A DNA stretch of 37,330 bases, taken from IMG/VR virus record IMGVR_UViG_3300045988_164629, positions 1 to 37,330 of that record. One strand, given 5' to 3'. The DNA comes from a virus. Under the pieces are notes generated by a model. That model did no database searches. It saw only the letters and a program-made list of their open reading frames with translations, and was not told the origin of the DNA. This document shows positions 1 through 9,529 of this stretch, in pieces. A program made the position numbers and the translations under genes. The number at the start of each line of letters is the position of its first letter. Position 1 is the stretch's first letter.

Positions 1-55
1 AGGGGTAGGGGGTCGGGCTTTATTAATAAATTTGGAAGTTCGCCTAAAAGTATTA
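1..55. repeat. 55-bp terminal overlap identical to 37276-37330 (circular closure of contig)
   Basis: Direct comparison: bases 1-55 equal bases 37276-37330 exactly. Confidence 0.9.
27..34 (+). promoter_or_regulatory. Candidate Bacteroidetes-type -7 promoter element TAaaTTTG about 30 nt upstream of the first late ORF
   Basis: Matches the TAnnTTTG consensus and lies 32 nt upstream of the ATG at 66. The motif also occurs by chance in AT-rich DNA. Confidence 0.25.
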
Positions 56-65
56 TCTTTGTTGT

Positions 66-497
66 ATGGGTACAGCGATAGACATAATCAAGGGGAAAGA
101 AGAGCGGGCGCTACGCAGGCAGGGGATGGAGGAGCGTGGTGAGGTAAAGAAGTACGAAGTAGACGACAAGGTACGTGAAGAGTTCAGGGCTACGTTTGGG
201 AAGACGGTAGCGTTTTTAGACATGATAGGGGTGAGGGAGAAGTTGGAAGAGATATTAGGAGACATAGAAGTAGCGGACAGTCCGGCAACGATAAGCAAGT
301 TAAAGGGGAAGTTAGATGTCATAATGAAGTACGTGAATGTGTTCAAGGCAGCGAGTGACAGTATCAACCGGACAGAGAAGACGATAATCAAGGAGCGGGA
401 AGTAGGGGAAGAAGGAGAAAATAGTATTGGGATAGGGAATATAGAAGTAATAGAGAAGATAGACTATGATACTATTGCCGGAGCGGTTAAACGATAA
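66..497 (+). CDS. Putative terminase small subunit (hypothetical, highly charged)
   Basis: 143-aa ORF directly upstream of and overlapping terL, rich in charged residues. No recognisable motif, so the call is positional only. Confidence 0.3.
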   Translation: MGTAIDIIKGKEERALRRQGMEERGEVKKYEVDDKVREEFRATFGKTVAFLDMIGVREKLEEILGDIEVADSPATISKLKGKLDVIMKYVNVFKAASDSINRTEKTIIKEREVGEEGENSIGIGNIEVIEKIDYDTIAGAVKR

Positions 498-1860
498 GCA
501 GATAGAGTTATACAATTTGTTGAATGAGGACAGATATGTAGAGTATTTGTTTTACGGTTCGAGCAGGGCTGGGAAGACATTTTTGATATTTGCGTGGTTT
601 GTGACTCAGTGTATAAGATACGGAGCGAATTGTTTGATAATACGGAATACGTTTACGTCGTTAAACAATGGAATGTTGATGCAGACAGTACCGGCGGTAT
701 TGAATTCAATGGCGAGGCGTTGGGGTTACAGTGATTACAAGAAGGTGATGATAGGGGGAGAGAGGTTTGCTCGGTATGTAAACAAGGACGACAGTTTGGT
801 ATTCTACAATGGTTCCTACATAAAGTTCGGGAGTTTGCGGGGTAGTTCGGACAGTGAGTCGAAATATGATTCGATATTAAGTACGGAATGGGGGCATATA
901 TTTTTGGATGAGATAAGTGAGATAAGTTGGCAGCCGGTAAGCAAGTTATTGACGCGGTTAGCACAGAAGTTGCCGGTAAAGAACAAGATGTTGTATGCGT
1001 TAAATCCGTGCAGTAAGAATCATTGGAGTTACAAGAGGTTTTTTTTGCAGGAGGATTACGATACAGGGATGAAGTTAGACCCGAGTATACAGGCGATGTT
1101 GTACAAGAAGCATTTCAGTGTAGAGGACAACAAGGAGAACGTATCGGCAAGTTATATGCTTACGATGAAGAGTTTGTCGAAGATAGACAAGCGTAGGTTT
1201 TTGGACGGGGAGTATTACGATGAGATGGAGGGAGAGATATTCCACCATATACCATGGGGGACAATGCCGGAAGAAGAATCGTTTGTACGATATATAATCT
1301 ACGTAGACCCGTCGGCAAAGGAGAGTGTAAAGAACGATTACAAGGCATGCGTATTGTTGGGGTTGACGAAAGACAAGATATGGTTGGTGGACGTATATGC
1401 TGTACAGGGGAGCACTTACGAGATGTTGGAAGGCATATATAGCTTATACGTAAAATGTCCGATAACGCCACGTTTATACATTGAAAAAAAGCAAGTTCCG
1501 TTGGATTTCAACAAAACATTGCTTAACTTTCAGGCGCAAAAGGGGTGGATATGTCCGATAGAGTGGGATACGCGTAATCACGGCAACAAGTTTTACAACA
1601 TTGAGTCCACTTTAGACCCTTTGTTCAAGAATGGGGGGATAATGTTCAACGACAAGATGAAGAACACTCCTATGGGAGAGATTACGGTGCAGCAGTTTTT
1701 GGAGTTTTCGAGGAAAGAGAGTCCGTTAAAGAAAGACGACATACCGGACGCGGTAGCCAAAGGAGTTTCGTTAATGGGGAGGAATCTGAAGATAGTCAAT
1801 CCAGCCCAGAAGAAGACGAAGATGTTTATAGCGATAGGAGGAAAATTAAAGTCCTTATAA
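466..1860 (+). CDS. terL: Terminase large subunit
   Basis: Walker A YGSSRAGKT and Walker B IFLDEISEI in the N-terminal ATPase domain, a nuclease-like C-terminal half, and a position upstream of the portal gene. Confidence 0.85.
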   Translation: MILLPERLNDKQIELYNLLNEDRYVEYLFYGSSRAGKTFLIFAWFVTQCIRYGANCLIIRNTFTSLNNGMLMQTVPAVLNSMARRWGYSDYKKVMIGGERFARYVNKDDSLVFYNGSYIKFGSLRGSSDSESKYDSILSTEWGHIFLDEISEISWQPVSKLLTRLAQKLPVKNKMLYALNPCSKNHWSYKRFFLQEDYDTGMKLDPSIQAMLYKKHFSVEDNKENVSASYMLTMKSLSKIDKRRFLDGEYYDEMEGEIFHHIPWGTMPEEESFVRYIIYVDPSAKESVKNDYKACVLLGLTKDKIWLVDVYAVQGSTYEMLEGIYSLYVKCPITPRLYIEKKQVPLDFNKTLLNFQAQKGWICPIEWDTRNHGNKFYNIESTLDPLFKNGGIMFNDKMKNTPMGEITVQQFLEFSRKESPLKKDDIPDAVAKGVSLMGRNLKIVNPAQKKTKMFIAIGGKLKSL

Positions 1861-1861
1861 T

Positions 1862-2254
1862 ATGATAGAGATAAAAGATTTATATCAATGGATACAGCCT
1901 AACACATGTGATGAGATAATAGGCATGAATCCGACGGCATTGGAAGACGCCTATGTATCCGCTATAGGCTATTTGGCTGGCGAGATAGGGAATATATACG
2001 ATTTGGAGGAGATGTTGCCGGTAATGAAGGATGTCCATCCTGATTTGTTCTTTATGGTAAGGGTATTGACAGCTTCTGCATTCATGGGTTCCACTTTCGC
2101 GTGGAGCACGGTATTTACGAACCAGTACAACAGTGTGATGTCTACTATACACAGGATGAAGTCGGGGACATCCCGCATGACTGGGGCGGTTAACAAGCCT
2201 GAGCCTAACGCGATAGGTAAAATAGTAACGAACATAAATGATTATATAGGCTAA
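1862..2254 (+). CDS. Hypothetical protein
   Basis: 130-aa ORF packed between terL and the portal gene. Confidence 0.45.
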   Translation: MIEIKDLYQWIQPNTCDEIIGMNPTALEDAYVSAIGYLAGEIGNIYDLEEMLPVMKDVHPDLFFMVRVLTASAFMGSTFAWSTVFTNQYNSVMSTIHRMKSGTSRMTGAVNKPEPNAIGKIVTNINDYIG

Positions 2255-2255
2255 T

Positions 2256-3596
2256 ATGACAATCTGGAAAACCCCTGATATAAATCCTTATTACATACCT
2301 AAGTCAGTAGGTACAGGAAAGGTAACGTCGAGATATTTAATCAACTATTATGAGACTCCATATACAGCCAAATATTGGCGTGATGCGATAGACAGAGCTA
2401 TAAATTACAGTGATTTGTATTATTACGGAGTCCTTCAGTCTTGGGCTTTGCAATCCAGCCCGTTTCTTGTGTCTCTATTGGACAAAAGATATGTGCCCGC
2501 TCAGAAAAACTTCTATGCTTTCGCGAAATACGGGGAAATGAGCCGGATAGACGACAAATTCTCCAAATATTTTACGCAGACTAACATTTTCAAGCAGCTT
2601 GTTTGCCGTGCTCCGTTGAACGCGAAGATTCGCGGGGTGGCAGGCAAGCAGATAGACATAGAAAAGGACATTGTAACGGATTTCCCTATGCGGAATATAG
2701 ACATGTTCAACAGGGCTATACGCTATATGACCTTTGACATAGAGAGCGTAGCCAAGTTCGATGATTACGACAATATGTTCTATTTCGAGGCTTCCCCAGA
2801 AGAAGATTACAAGTTGGGGCTTATGCAGGAAATTACAAGGGCAATAATCGAAATAATCAATTCTTACCGGAATTGGGGGATACTTACAGGGAGATATTCA
2901 TATCCACGCTATACGATAGGATATCAGGCGCAGAATGAAGAAGCCCAACAGATAGCCGTCGAATATGCCGGTCTCATCAATGACCCCACTGCAACTCCGG
3001 TAGTTCCCTTTGAAGTGAACGAATTGTCTACTAACAAGGAAAGGAAATACCAAGTGGAGATAAATTCCGTCAATACGGAAGCCCCAAGCGAAGCGTTCAG
3101 GGCGCATAAGGAATTGGTAGACAAATGGGAAAGCGAGCTTATGCAGCTGATAACCGGAAGTACGTTAATCGGGAATACCGAAAAGAACACGAATTCCGAG
3201 CAATTGGCGGAAATTCACATGCAATTGTATAAAAATATCCTTGATGAGGACAATAAGGACATTTTGAGGGTTACAAATACCCAGACAATGCCGAAATTGG
3301 CGAGATTGGTCAAAAACAAGGATTTGACCGATTATCAGGTAGTAATTATCCCTGACAAGAGCATTTCGGTGAAGCATTTTATCAAGATTACGGACACATT
3401 GAGCAAGCAAGGATTGAGGATTTCCGAACAATTCCTGCAAAAAGTGGGGTTGGATGAAGGAGATATCGACAAGAAAGTCACCAACAAGTCATGGATTACC
3501 AACACAGTAGACAAGATAAAGAGCATTTTTACCCCTAAAAGCAAGAAAGATGGCGGATACGATGCAGGATATGATAAACAAGCTAAGGAGTCTTAA
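2256..3596 (+). CDS. Portal protein (putative)
   Basis: 446-aa ORF immediately after terL; size and position are typical of a portal protein. Confidence 0.55.
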   Translation: MTIWKTPDINPYYIPKSVGTGKVTSRYLINYYETPYTAKYWRDAIDRAINYSDLYYYGVLQSWALQSSPFLVSLLDKRYVPAQKNFYAFAKYGEMSRIDDKFSKYFTQTNIFKQLVCRAPLNAKIRGVAGKQIDIEKDIVTDFPMRNIDMFNRAIRYMTFDIESVAKFDDYDNMFYFEASPEEDYKLGLMQEITRAIIEIINSYRNWGILTGRYSYPRYTIGYQAQNEEAQQIAVEYAGLINDPTATPVVPFEVNELSTNKERKYQVEINSVNTEAPSEAFRAHKELVDKWESELMQLITGSTLIGNTEKNTNSEQLAEIHMQLYKNILDEDNKDILRVTNTQTMPKLARLVKNKDLTDYQVVIIPDKSISVKHFIKITDTLSKQGLRISEQFLQKVGLDEGDIDKKVTNKSWITNTVDKIKSIFTPKSKKDGGYDAGYDKQAKES

Positions 3597-4032
3597 AAAA
3601 TGCGTAAGAGATGAGATGCCTAAGGCGATATCGGAAAGCATGTTGAAAGAAACGAAGCAGAATTTCCAGAAAGAGGCATATACTAACGACGGAGGGGCAC
3701 AGAAATGGAAAGAGCGTATGTATGACGTGCACAATACGCCTATCGGTGTAAAGTTGCCTTATCCCAAACTAAGGAGGACAGGGAGGTTATACAATTCTAT
3801 CAAGAAAATAACCAATGTCCCGTACACGGCAGGGTTAAAAACCAGCGTTCCGTACGCACAATTGCAGAATGAAGGAGGAAAGGCGCAAAAAAGGTGGGTT
3901 CAGCCTGCATATAAAATAAACAGGAAACCTCCGCAAATACCAGCCCGCCAATTTATGGGCGTGGGGAACCGGACATATAGGAGGGCATATAAGGCTATTT
4001 TGACGGTTTGGAATAAAAATTTCAATAAATAG
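3550..4032 (+). CDS. Putative head/virion morphogenesis protein (Mu G-like position)
   Basis: 160-aa basic protein after the portal gene; the call is positional. Confidence 0.3.
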   Translation: MADTMQDMINKLRSLKKCVRDEMPKAISESMLKETKQNFQKEAYTNDGGAQKWKERMYDVHNTPIGVKLPYPKLRRTGRLYNSIKKITNVPYTAGLKTSVPYAQLQNEGGKAQKRWVQPAYKINRKPPQIPARQFMGVGNRTYRRAYKAILTVWNKNFNK

Positions 4033-4077
4033 TTGATGATAATAAAAAACTTAATATTTTAGCGAAAAATAGGACAT

Positions 4078-5526
4078 ATGATAGGGTTATTAACTAAGAA
4101 ATTGATTGATTTTTTCAGGCAAACGGATATTGTCACTGAAAATCATATACCCGTTTTAACCTCTAATGTCTCTGACGGAAGGACGGTTGTAAATACCACA
4201 TTGCCGGCTATTGTCATAACCGTAGATTCCGCTCCAAACAATATGGTATATATTGGAGGATTGATAAGAGACAACATAAATATTGACGTGGTTGTAATGG
4301 ACAGGCTTGTAAATTACACTCTTTCAGGAGAGACAGATATTTATGAATGGAGGCGTAATCTTGCCTATAAGCTAAGGACTGAACTTTTCACGGAGCGGGC
4401 ATCCCAATTTTTCAAGGATATACTTCAAGGGAACAATTTCCTGCCTATGTATAGGGGAATGAATAACTTTATCAAGCAGGGATACAAGGAAGACACGGAA
4501 GAAGATATCGAATGCTGGCGGATGAAATTCGAGTGTGTCATGGTGGACAATTCTACCATAGACATAACATATATAAAAGCCAAATCAGGCTCTGTGCAGC
4601 TTATAGACAAGCAGATAAATCCCGTCACCCCTATACATCCCCATTATGGGATAGAAGAGATGATGTGGAAGTATGGCTATGGGCAGTATATACCTGATTT
4701 GTTAGATATGATTGTCACGAGCGGACAGATAACAGACCAGTATAAGGAGGAAGGGAATGTTCAAATACCTAACACCTTATCAGACAAAGTATTATTTTTG
4801 CCAGAGAATTTCCCTGAAAAGACAACTTATTACTACTTATATGGGTTATTAAGTATGAAATACGTCCCGTATAATGAGCGTATGAGAAATTTTAATAATA
4901 ATGTATGTATAAGGGAGATAAATGTAAATACATCCTCATGGATGAGCTTTAATCAAGGCTTTAGGAATTGTTATTTTCTGACTAAAATAAATGAAGGGAA
5001 TATAGTAGATTGTTCAAGTATAAGTAAGGCTGGGAATATTTCAAATACTTTTTATGGATGTTCATCTTTAGAAGAAGTAAGCCTTATAAACATTCCTGAA
5101 AGGGCTATAGATTGTAGTAGTTTATTTTCTTTAGCTCCTAATATTATTCCTGATAAAATGAAGAAAATTACATTTTCCCCTAAAATAAAGGTTACTCGGA
5201 TAACATTAGGATTTAGTGGGAGATATTCATTGCAAACAATTGTCGGGGAATTAGATTTTTCAGAATGTGAACCAACCCAACAACAGAATCCATTTAATGG
5301 ATGTACTTCTCTTATAGAAGTCCGATTTACACCTGAAAGCATAAAACAAAATTTGTCTTTTACACAATCATCTCAATTAAGTGATGAATCCATACAAAGC
5401 ATACTTGACGGATTGGCTAATATTTCGGAAACACATGTATTATACCTAAATTCAGAAGTATATGCAAAATTGACGGAAGAGCAAAAACAGTCGGTAACAG
5501 ATAAAGGTTGGACAATAATTAGTTAA
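4078..5526 (+). CDS. BspA-type leucine-rich repeat (LRR_5-like) domain protein in the head module
   Basis: C-terminal half has repeated motifs FYGCSSLEEVSL and FNGCTSLIEVRF and ends in KGWTI, as in BspA-like LRR proteins. The C-terminal half is AT-rich with A/T-ending codons, unlike its neighbours. Confidence 0.55.
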   Translation: MIGLLTKKLIDFFRQTDIVTENHIPVLTSNVSDGRTVVNTTLPAIVITVDSAPNNMVYIGGLIRDNINIDVVVMDRLVNYTLSGETDIYEWRRNLAYKLRTELFTERASQFFKDILQGNNFLPMYRGMNNFIKQGYKEDTEEDIECWRMKFECVMVDNSTIDITYIKAKSGSVQLIDKQINPVTPIHPHYGIEEMMWKYGYGQYIPDLLDMIVTSGQITDQYKEEGNVQIPNTLSDKVLFLPENFPEKTTYYYLYGLLSMKYVPYNERMRNFNNNVCIREINVNTSSWMSFNQGFRNCYFLTKINEGNIVDCSSISKAGNISNTFYGCSSLEEVSLINIPERAIDCSSLFSLAPNIIPDKMKKITFSPKIKVTRITLGFSGRYSLQTIVGELDFSECEPTQQQNPFNGCTSLIEVRFTPESIKQNLSFTQSSQLSDESIQSILDGLANISETHVLYLNSEVYAKLTEEQKQSVTDKGWTIIS

Positions 5527-5528
5527 TT

Positions 5529-5708
5529 ATGTTAGAGTTAAAAGCAAGAAAAGGTTATGTATATACCGACAAAAACAAAACATTTTTTGCCGATACAATT
5601 GTATTGGGGAAATATGACAAGAAAGAGAATTATCGGCAAATGAAGATAGAAGGGAATGAAGAACTAATAGAAAATTATAAAAATGGTAAGGCAAGTATTA
5701 TCGGATGA
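5529..5708 (+). CDS. Small hypothetical ORF (59 aa) not in the supplied track
   Basis: ATG at 5529 to TGA at 5706-5708; fills the gap before the capsid gene. Confidence 0.2.
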   Translation: MLELKARKGYVYTDKNKTFFADTIVLGKYDKKENYRQMKIEGNEELIENYKNGKASIIG

Positions 5709-7794
5709 ATCCCTAAACGATAGAGGATTTAGGGTAATGAACAAGTCTATAAAATGGGACAGATATTTGAAAAATCCCGTTCTTGTAGAACAGCATATGT
5801 CATGGGAGCCTCCTATCGGCAGGATAGATGATATAAAACTCGAAAATGACGCATGGACAGGAGTATTAGTATTTGCATCTACTGAAAAAGGGAAGATGTA
5901 TGAGAAATTATACAATGAAGGTTGTATAAGAGCCGTATCTATTGGCGGGAATGCAGTAATAGTAGAGAATGAGAGGGGAGAGAAAAAAACAAAGTCTTTT
6001 GATATTTTTGAAGTCTCCTTAGTTACTATTCCTTCAAATGCCAATGCGGTAAAACATGAATTGGGGCATATTCCGGTAGAATATAAATTATATTGTGATA
6101 AAAAGGAATTTATTACTTTAAGTTCTAATTTTGAAGAATTAAATAATATGGAAGAAGAAAAAGAAAAAAAGGAAGAATTGGAGGCTAAGCCCGAAGTTCA
6201 AGAAGTCCAAGAGCCAGAAGCTCCAAAAGAAGAGTTTAAGGCAGAGGAAACAAAAAACACAGTCCTTTCGGCTTTGAAAGATTTGTTAGGTCTGAATTCA
6301 AAGAAGAAATTAGAAGATGATGATGAAGACAAAGACATTAAAGAAGACGAAGAAGAGGACAAGGAGGAAGTAGAGGACACCAAAGCTAAAGACGAAAAGG
6401 AAAAATTGGAGTCTGAGGATTTGAAAAAGAAATTGCCTGAAAAAGTAGCGGAAAGATTGCAGGCAAACCCTGAAGCAAGAATTTTTACAGAAAATACACA
6501 ACAACCTAAAATTATGACAGAATACAAGACTTTACATTCTTATTTATCTTCGGAAGAAGGTAAAAATAAGATGGGTATGATGGCATTAGGCTCTGACCTT
6601 AAGTATGCTCATGAGCACAAGCCTATTCCCGTGCATGATTTGCTGGATTCTTACAAAGAACTGGCATCAGTGTTAAAAAATGACCGTGACTTTATGGCTT
6701 CATTCGGTCAGTTCAATTTATGTTTTGAGGGCAAAGCTCCTATGTCTACCGGTCAATTGCTCGATACTGTTCTTGCAGCAGGAGATAATACCTATGATTT
6801 CCTAAGTACTCCTGATTTGGTGGCTGTACAATGGTTGGCAATGTATTATAGAATGCTTTTCCCTATTAATACATTTGCAGACAGAATCCCGCGTATCAGT
6901 TCGGATTCGGCAGGTACTATTCATCCTGAAATAAACATGAAGCCTAACGTTTATTTTGATACACTTGTTCCGAAAAACAAAGCAGAAGAATATTTGTATG
7001 ATGATAACGCAATTGCTATTCCTACTTACGCATTCTCTCTAAATGCTATTGCTTGGCAGCCAGGCGATGACAACTTATTGAGATACGATAAGAGAGGCAT
7101 AGGTATGTCTGAAGCCTTAAGAGTAGTAGCGAATGCTCAACACAATTATATTATTCAGGTTCTGGCGAATTCAGTAAAAGAGGGTACATTTGTTCCAATG
7201 ACAGGTGCAAATTCTTTTGCATCAGCCGGAATGTTCCCAGCAAATGCTGCAGCTGCAGGAAATTTGAAAGAATTCACAGTAGCTGACTTATTAAGCCTTC
7301 GTATGAAGTTTATTCAGGCTAATTTCAATCTCGATATTGAACGTCCGGAGATAGTAATGGATGCTATTTATGCAAACCAGCTACAATCTAATGATACTTT
7401 TGTAAACGCCCTTAACTTGCCTACTGAAAAAATCGGGCCAATGCAGATGATGGCATACGGTATGAACATTACACAACGTTCTATATGTGGAGTATATGAT
7501 ACAGCTACAAATAAAGTAGTAGACCCGAAATTATATGGTATACCTTTGACTGCCCATAAAATACCAAGTTCTTATACTCCTCCGACATTAGCAGCTACTG
7601 CATATGGATGTATTATAGGTTTCTTGCCTTCTCAATTCCTTATTGGCGTAGGTCGTACAAATGTATTCGTAAAACAAGAACCTACCCTTTGGGCATGGGA
7701 AATGTCTATGGATACTCGTATGGGAGCCGGTGCAGCTCGTAAAGACGGAGTAGGAATCTATGGCGTAGCTCCAGCGGTAGCAGCAGGTGCTTAA
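5683..7794 (+). CDS. Prohead protease - acidic scaffold (delta-like) - major capsid protein fusion
   Basis: N-terminus carries HK97-family prohead protease (S78) motifs EQHMSWEPPIGRI, AVSIGGNA and FEVSLVTIPSNANAV. Residues about 150-290 are an E/K-rich coiled-coil scaffold-like region. The C-terminal ~420 aa sits in the major capsid position. All of it is one uninterrupted 703-aa ORF. The true start may be M at 5737. Confidence 0.55.
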   Translation: MVRQVLSDESLNDRGFRVMNKSIKWDRYLKNPVLVEQHMSWEPPIGRIDDIKLENDAWTGVLVFASTEKGKMYEKLYNEGCIRAVSIGGNAVIVENERGEKKTKSFDIFEVSLVTIPSNANAVKHELGHIPVEYKLYCDKKEFITLSSNFEELNNMEEEKEKKEELEAKPEVQEVQEPEAPKEEFKAEETKNTVLSALKDLLGLNSKKKLEDDDEDKDIKEDEEEDKEEVEDTKAKDEKEKLESEDLKKKLPEKVAERLQANPEARIFTENTQQPKIMTEYKTLHSYLSSEEGKNKMGMMALGSDLKYAHEHKPIPVHDLLDSYKELASVLKNDRDFMASFGQFNLCFEGKAPMSTGQLLDTVLAAGDNTYDFLSTPDLVAVQWLAMYYRMLFPINTFADRIPRISSDSAGTIHPEINMKPNVYFDTLVPKNKAEEYLYDDNAIAIPTYAFSLNAIAWQPGDDNLLRYDKRGIGMSEALRVVANAQHNYIIQVLANSVKEGTFVPMTGANSFASAGMFPANAAAAGNLKEFTVADLLSLRMKFIQANFNLDIERPEIVMDAIYANQLQSNDTFVNALNLPTEKIGPMQMMAYGMNITQRSICGVYDTATNKVVDPKLYGIPLTAHKIPSSYTPPTLAATAYGCIIGFLPSQFLIGVGRTNVFVKQEPTLWAWEMSMDTRMGAGAARKDGVGIYGVAPAVAAGA

Positions 7795-7805
7795 TATAAA
7801 ATAAT

Positions 7806-7830
7806 AAGCAGGGGGCAAAATCCCCTGCTT
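7806..7830 (+). terminator. Hairpin terminator after the capsid gene (9-bp stem aagcagggg/cccctgctt, 7-nt loop)
   Basis: Perfect inverted repeat 12 nt after the capsid stop codon; there is no strong U-tract. Confidence 0.4.
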
Positions 7831-7864
7831 GACTTACCAACACACAAAATAAACAATAAACAAT

Positions 7865-8245
7865 ATGGAACTTACTAATTATAAAGAGTCTTTCTTTCAA
7901 TATTTATATGCTTTAGTAAAAGAACACAAAAAAGCATATGTATGTGAAAACGGAAAAGTGTTTTTAGCTATTCAGGATGCTAAGCATGAAGAATACGATT
8001 ACATGGAAAGAAAGCATTATAAATTGTTATGGGCAGAAGTAAATATAGATAATGTACCTTTAAATAATGAAGAATTGAAAACGCTGCTCGAAGAATTCAA
8101 GCCAGAAGAACAGCCGAAAGAAGGAATCATAAAAAAGAGTACATTAAATGTAGATGAATCTGTTATTAACGAATTTAACGCGTTGAAAGAAGCTCGAAAA
8201 AATCCTGAAAAGAAAACAAAAGGTAGACCACCTAAAGAACAATAA
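7865..8245 (+). CDS. Hypothetical head-tail joining region protein with C-terminal AT-hook-like KTKGRPPKE
   Basis: 126-aa ORF between the capsid and sheath genes; a GRP core flanked by basic residues sits at the C-terminus. Confidence 0.4.
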   Translation: MELTNYKESFFQYLYALVKEHKKAYVCENGKVFLAIQDAKHEEYDYMERKHYKLLWAEVNIDNVPLNNEELKTLLEEFKPEEQPKEGIIKKSTLNVDESVINEFNALKEARKNPEKKTKGRPPKEQ

Positions 8246-8247
8246 TT

Positions 8248-9525
8248 ATGGCAACAACAGGAATACATATTTCATTAAAAGATACGTCTATTGGGAGTAA
8301 CCAAGTAGACGAATCTATTTCTTGTTTGGTTGTTGATGTGGCAGGTGCGGAATCTAATTTGCCTGAAGACTTAGAGTTAAACACCCCTTATATGATAACT
8401 TCGTTATCAGCAGCAGAGGGGTTAGGTATAACTTCAGAATGGGCGGAAGGTAACGGAGCGAAGACTATGCTATACCAACACATCAGCGAGTTTTACGGTG
8501 CAGCTTCAGCAGGGACTAAGTTATGGATTGTCCTCGTTCAAACGACGGCAAGCATAAACTTCTCTACTGCAAGTTTCTATACAGCATTACAGCCGGTAAT
8601 ATTCAAGACTATCTCAGGGAGTTATAAGAACAGACCTCGTGCAATAGGATTCTGCCAATCTAAAGGGACATTGCCCGCTCCTGAATATGGTGAAGGCGTG
8701 AACAATGAGACAGACCAAGAAGCACTCAATCAGATACAGACATTCTTGACTAACATGTTTGAATTGGGCATCAGAATGGTTGGTGTATTTGACGGAGCGT
8801 ATATCAAGCAGGGGACTTTCAGCAGCGCAACAGAGATAGCGAAACTTATGGATTGCTCGGCTATGAGTTATCCGAGTGTAGCATATTGTGTTACCGGTTC
8901 TTCTCCTAACGGATTGTCTTCTGTAGGGCGTGTATTGGGAGTAAGAGCCAGCCGGAGTATAGCTGCATCTATCGGAAACGTATCTTTGGGTTCGGTAGCT
9001 ACAGAAGAATATTTTACTGATAGTGATTTGTCTTCCGTATCCAGCAATCCAAAAACTGGGACACCCGTAAACGGATATGACGTCACTCTCGCGAATCTGG
9101 TAGCCCCATTAGGATATATATTTACCCGTAACAGGTTAGGTATAGAGGGGTTATATTACAACGACGGGGCGACATGCAACGCCACTACTATGGCATTAAA
9201 CAAGATAGAAAGAGTTGCTGTCGGCAATGCAGTTTGCGATGATGCCCAACAGTTCCTTACCTATTATATCAACCAGAATATCCCTTGTGATTCTTCAGGT
9301 CAGATATTACAGGCTTTTAAGAGTTCAGCTATATCACAATTTACAGCCCAATATATCACTCCGAGAATAAACGCTGGGCAAGCTGGGGCGATAGATTTCG
9401 ACTTCAAGGCTAAGGATGATAATTACATACAATCCGAAGCTTTGGAAGTGACTATAAGTATAGTACCGAACCCTGCAATGCGTGAAGCCTTTGTAACAAC
9501 ATTCTTTGTAACTTCAATTTCTTAA
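8248..9525 (+). CDS. Tail sheath protein (putative)
   Basis: 425-aa ORF followed by a 159-aa ORF, the frameshifted chaperones and the tape measure. This is the P2 FI-FII-E/E'-T order. Confidence 0.5.
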   Translation: MATTGIHISLKDTSIGSNQVDESISCLVVDVAGAESNLPEDLELNTPYMITSLSAAEGLGITSEWAEGNGAKTMLYQHISEFYGAASAGTKLWIVLVQTTASINFSTASFYTALQPVIFKTISGSYKNRPRAIGFCQSKGTLPAPEYGEGVNNETDQEALNQIQTFLTNMFELGIRMVGVFDGAYIKQGTFSSATEIAKLMDCSAMSYPSVAYCVTGSSPNGLSSVGRVLGVRASRSIAASIGNVSLGSVATEEYFTDSDLSSVSSNPKTGTPVNGYDVTLANLVAPLGYIFTRNRLGIEGLYYNDGATCNATTMALNKIERVAVGNAVCDDAQQFLTYYINQNIPCDSSGQILQAFKSSAISQFTAQYITPRINAGQAGAIDFDFKAKDDNYIQSEALEVTISIVPNPAMREAFVTTFFVTSIS

Positions 9526-9529
9526 AATT

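Noticed and set aside
1-55. Interpreting the 55-bp end repeat as a genuine packaged direct terminal repeat
   Set aside because: Fifty-five bp equals a standard de Bruijn k-mer, and the repeat contains an ordinary promoter-like sequence. A circular-assembly overlap is the simpler explanation, and it cannot be settled without reads.
53-391. 112-aa minus-strand ORF antisense to the putative small terminase
   Set aside because: It lies wholly inside a purine-rich coding region and is the pyrimidine-rich mirror of it, so it is an antisense artefact. The same applies to 653..964, 1160..1471, 1593..1799, 2513..2710, 2898..3544 and 10952..11467 on the minus strand, all of which overlap confident + strand genes.
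6198-6527. Minus-strand ORFs (109 and 64 aa) with poly-Ser/Phe translations
   Set aside because: They are the antisense of the low-complexity GAA/GAG-rich scaffold-coding segment of the capsid fusion gene and are not credible proteins.
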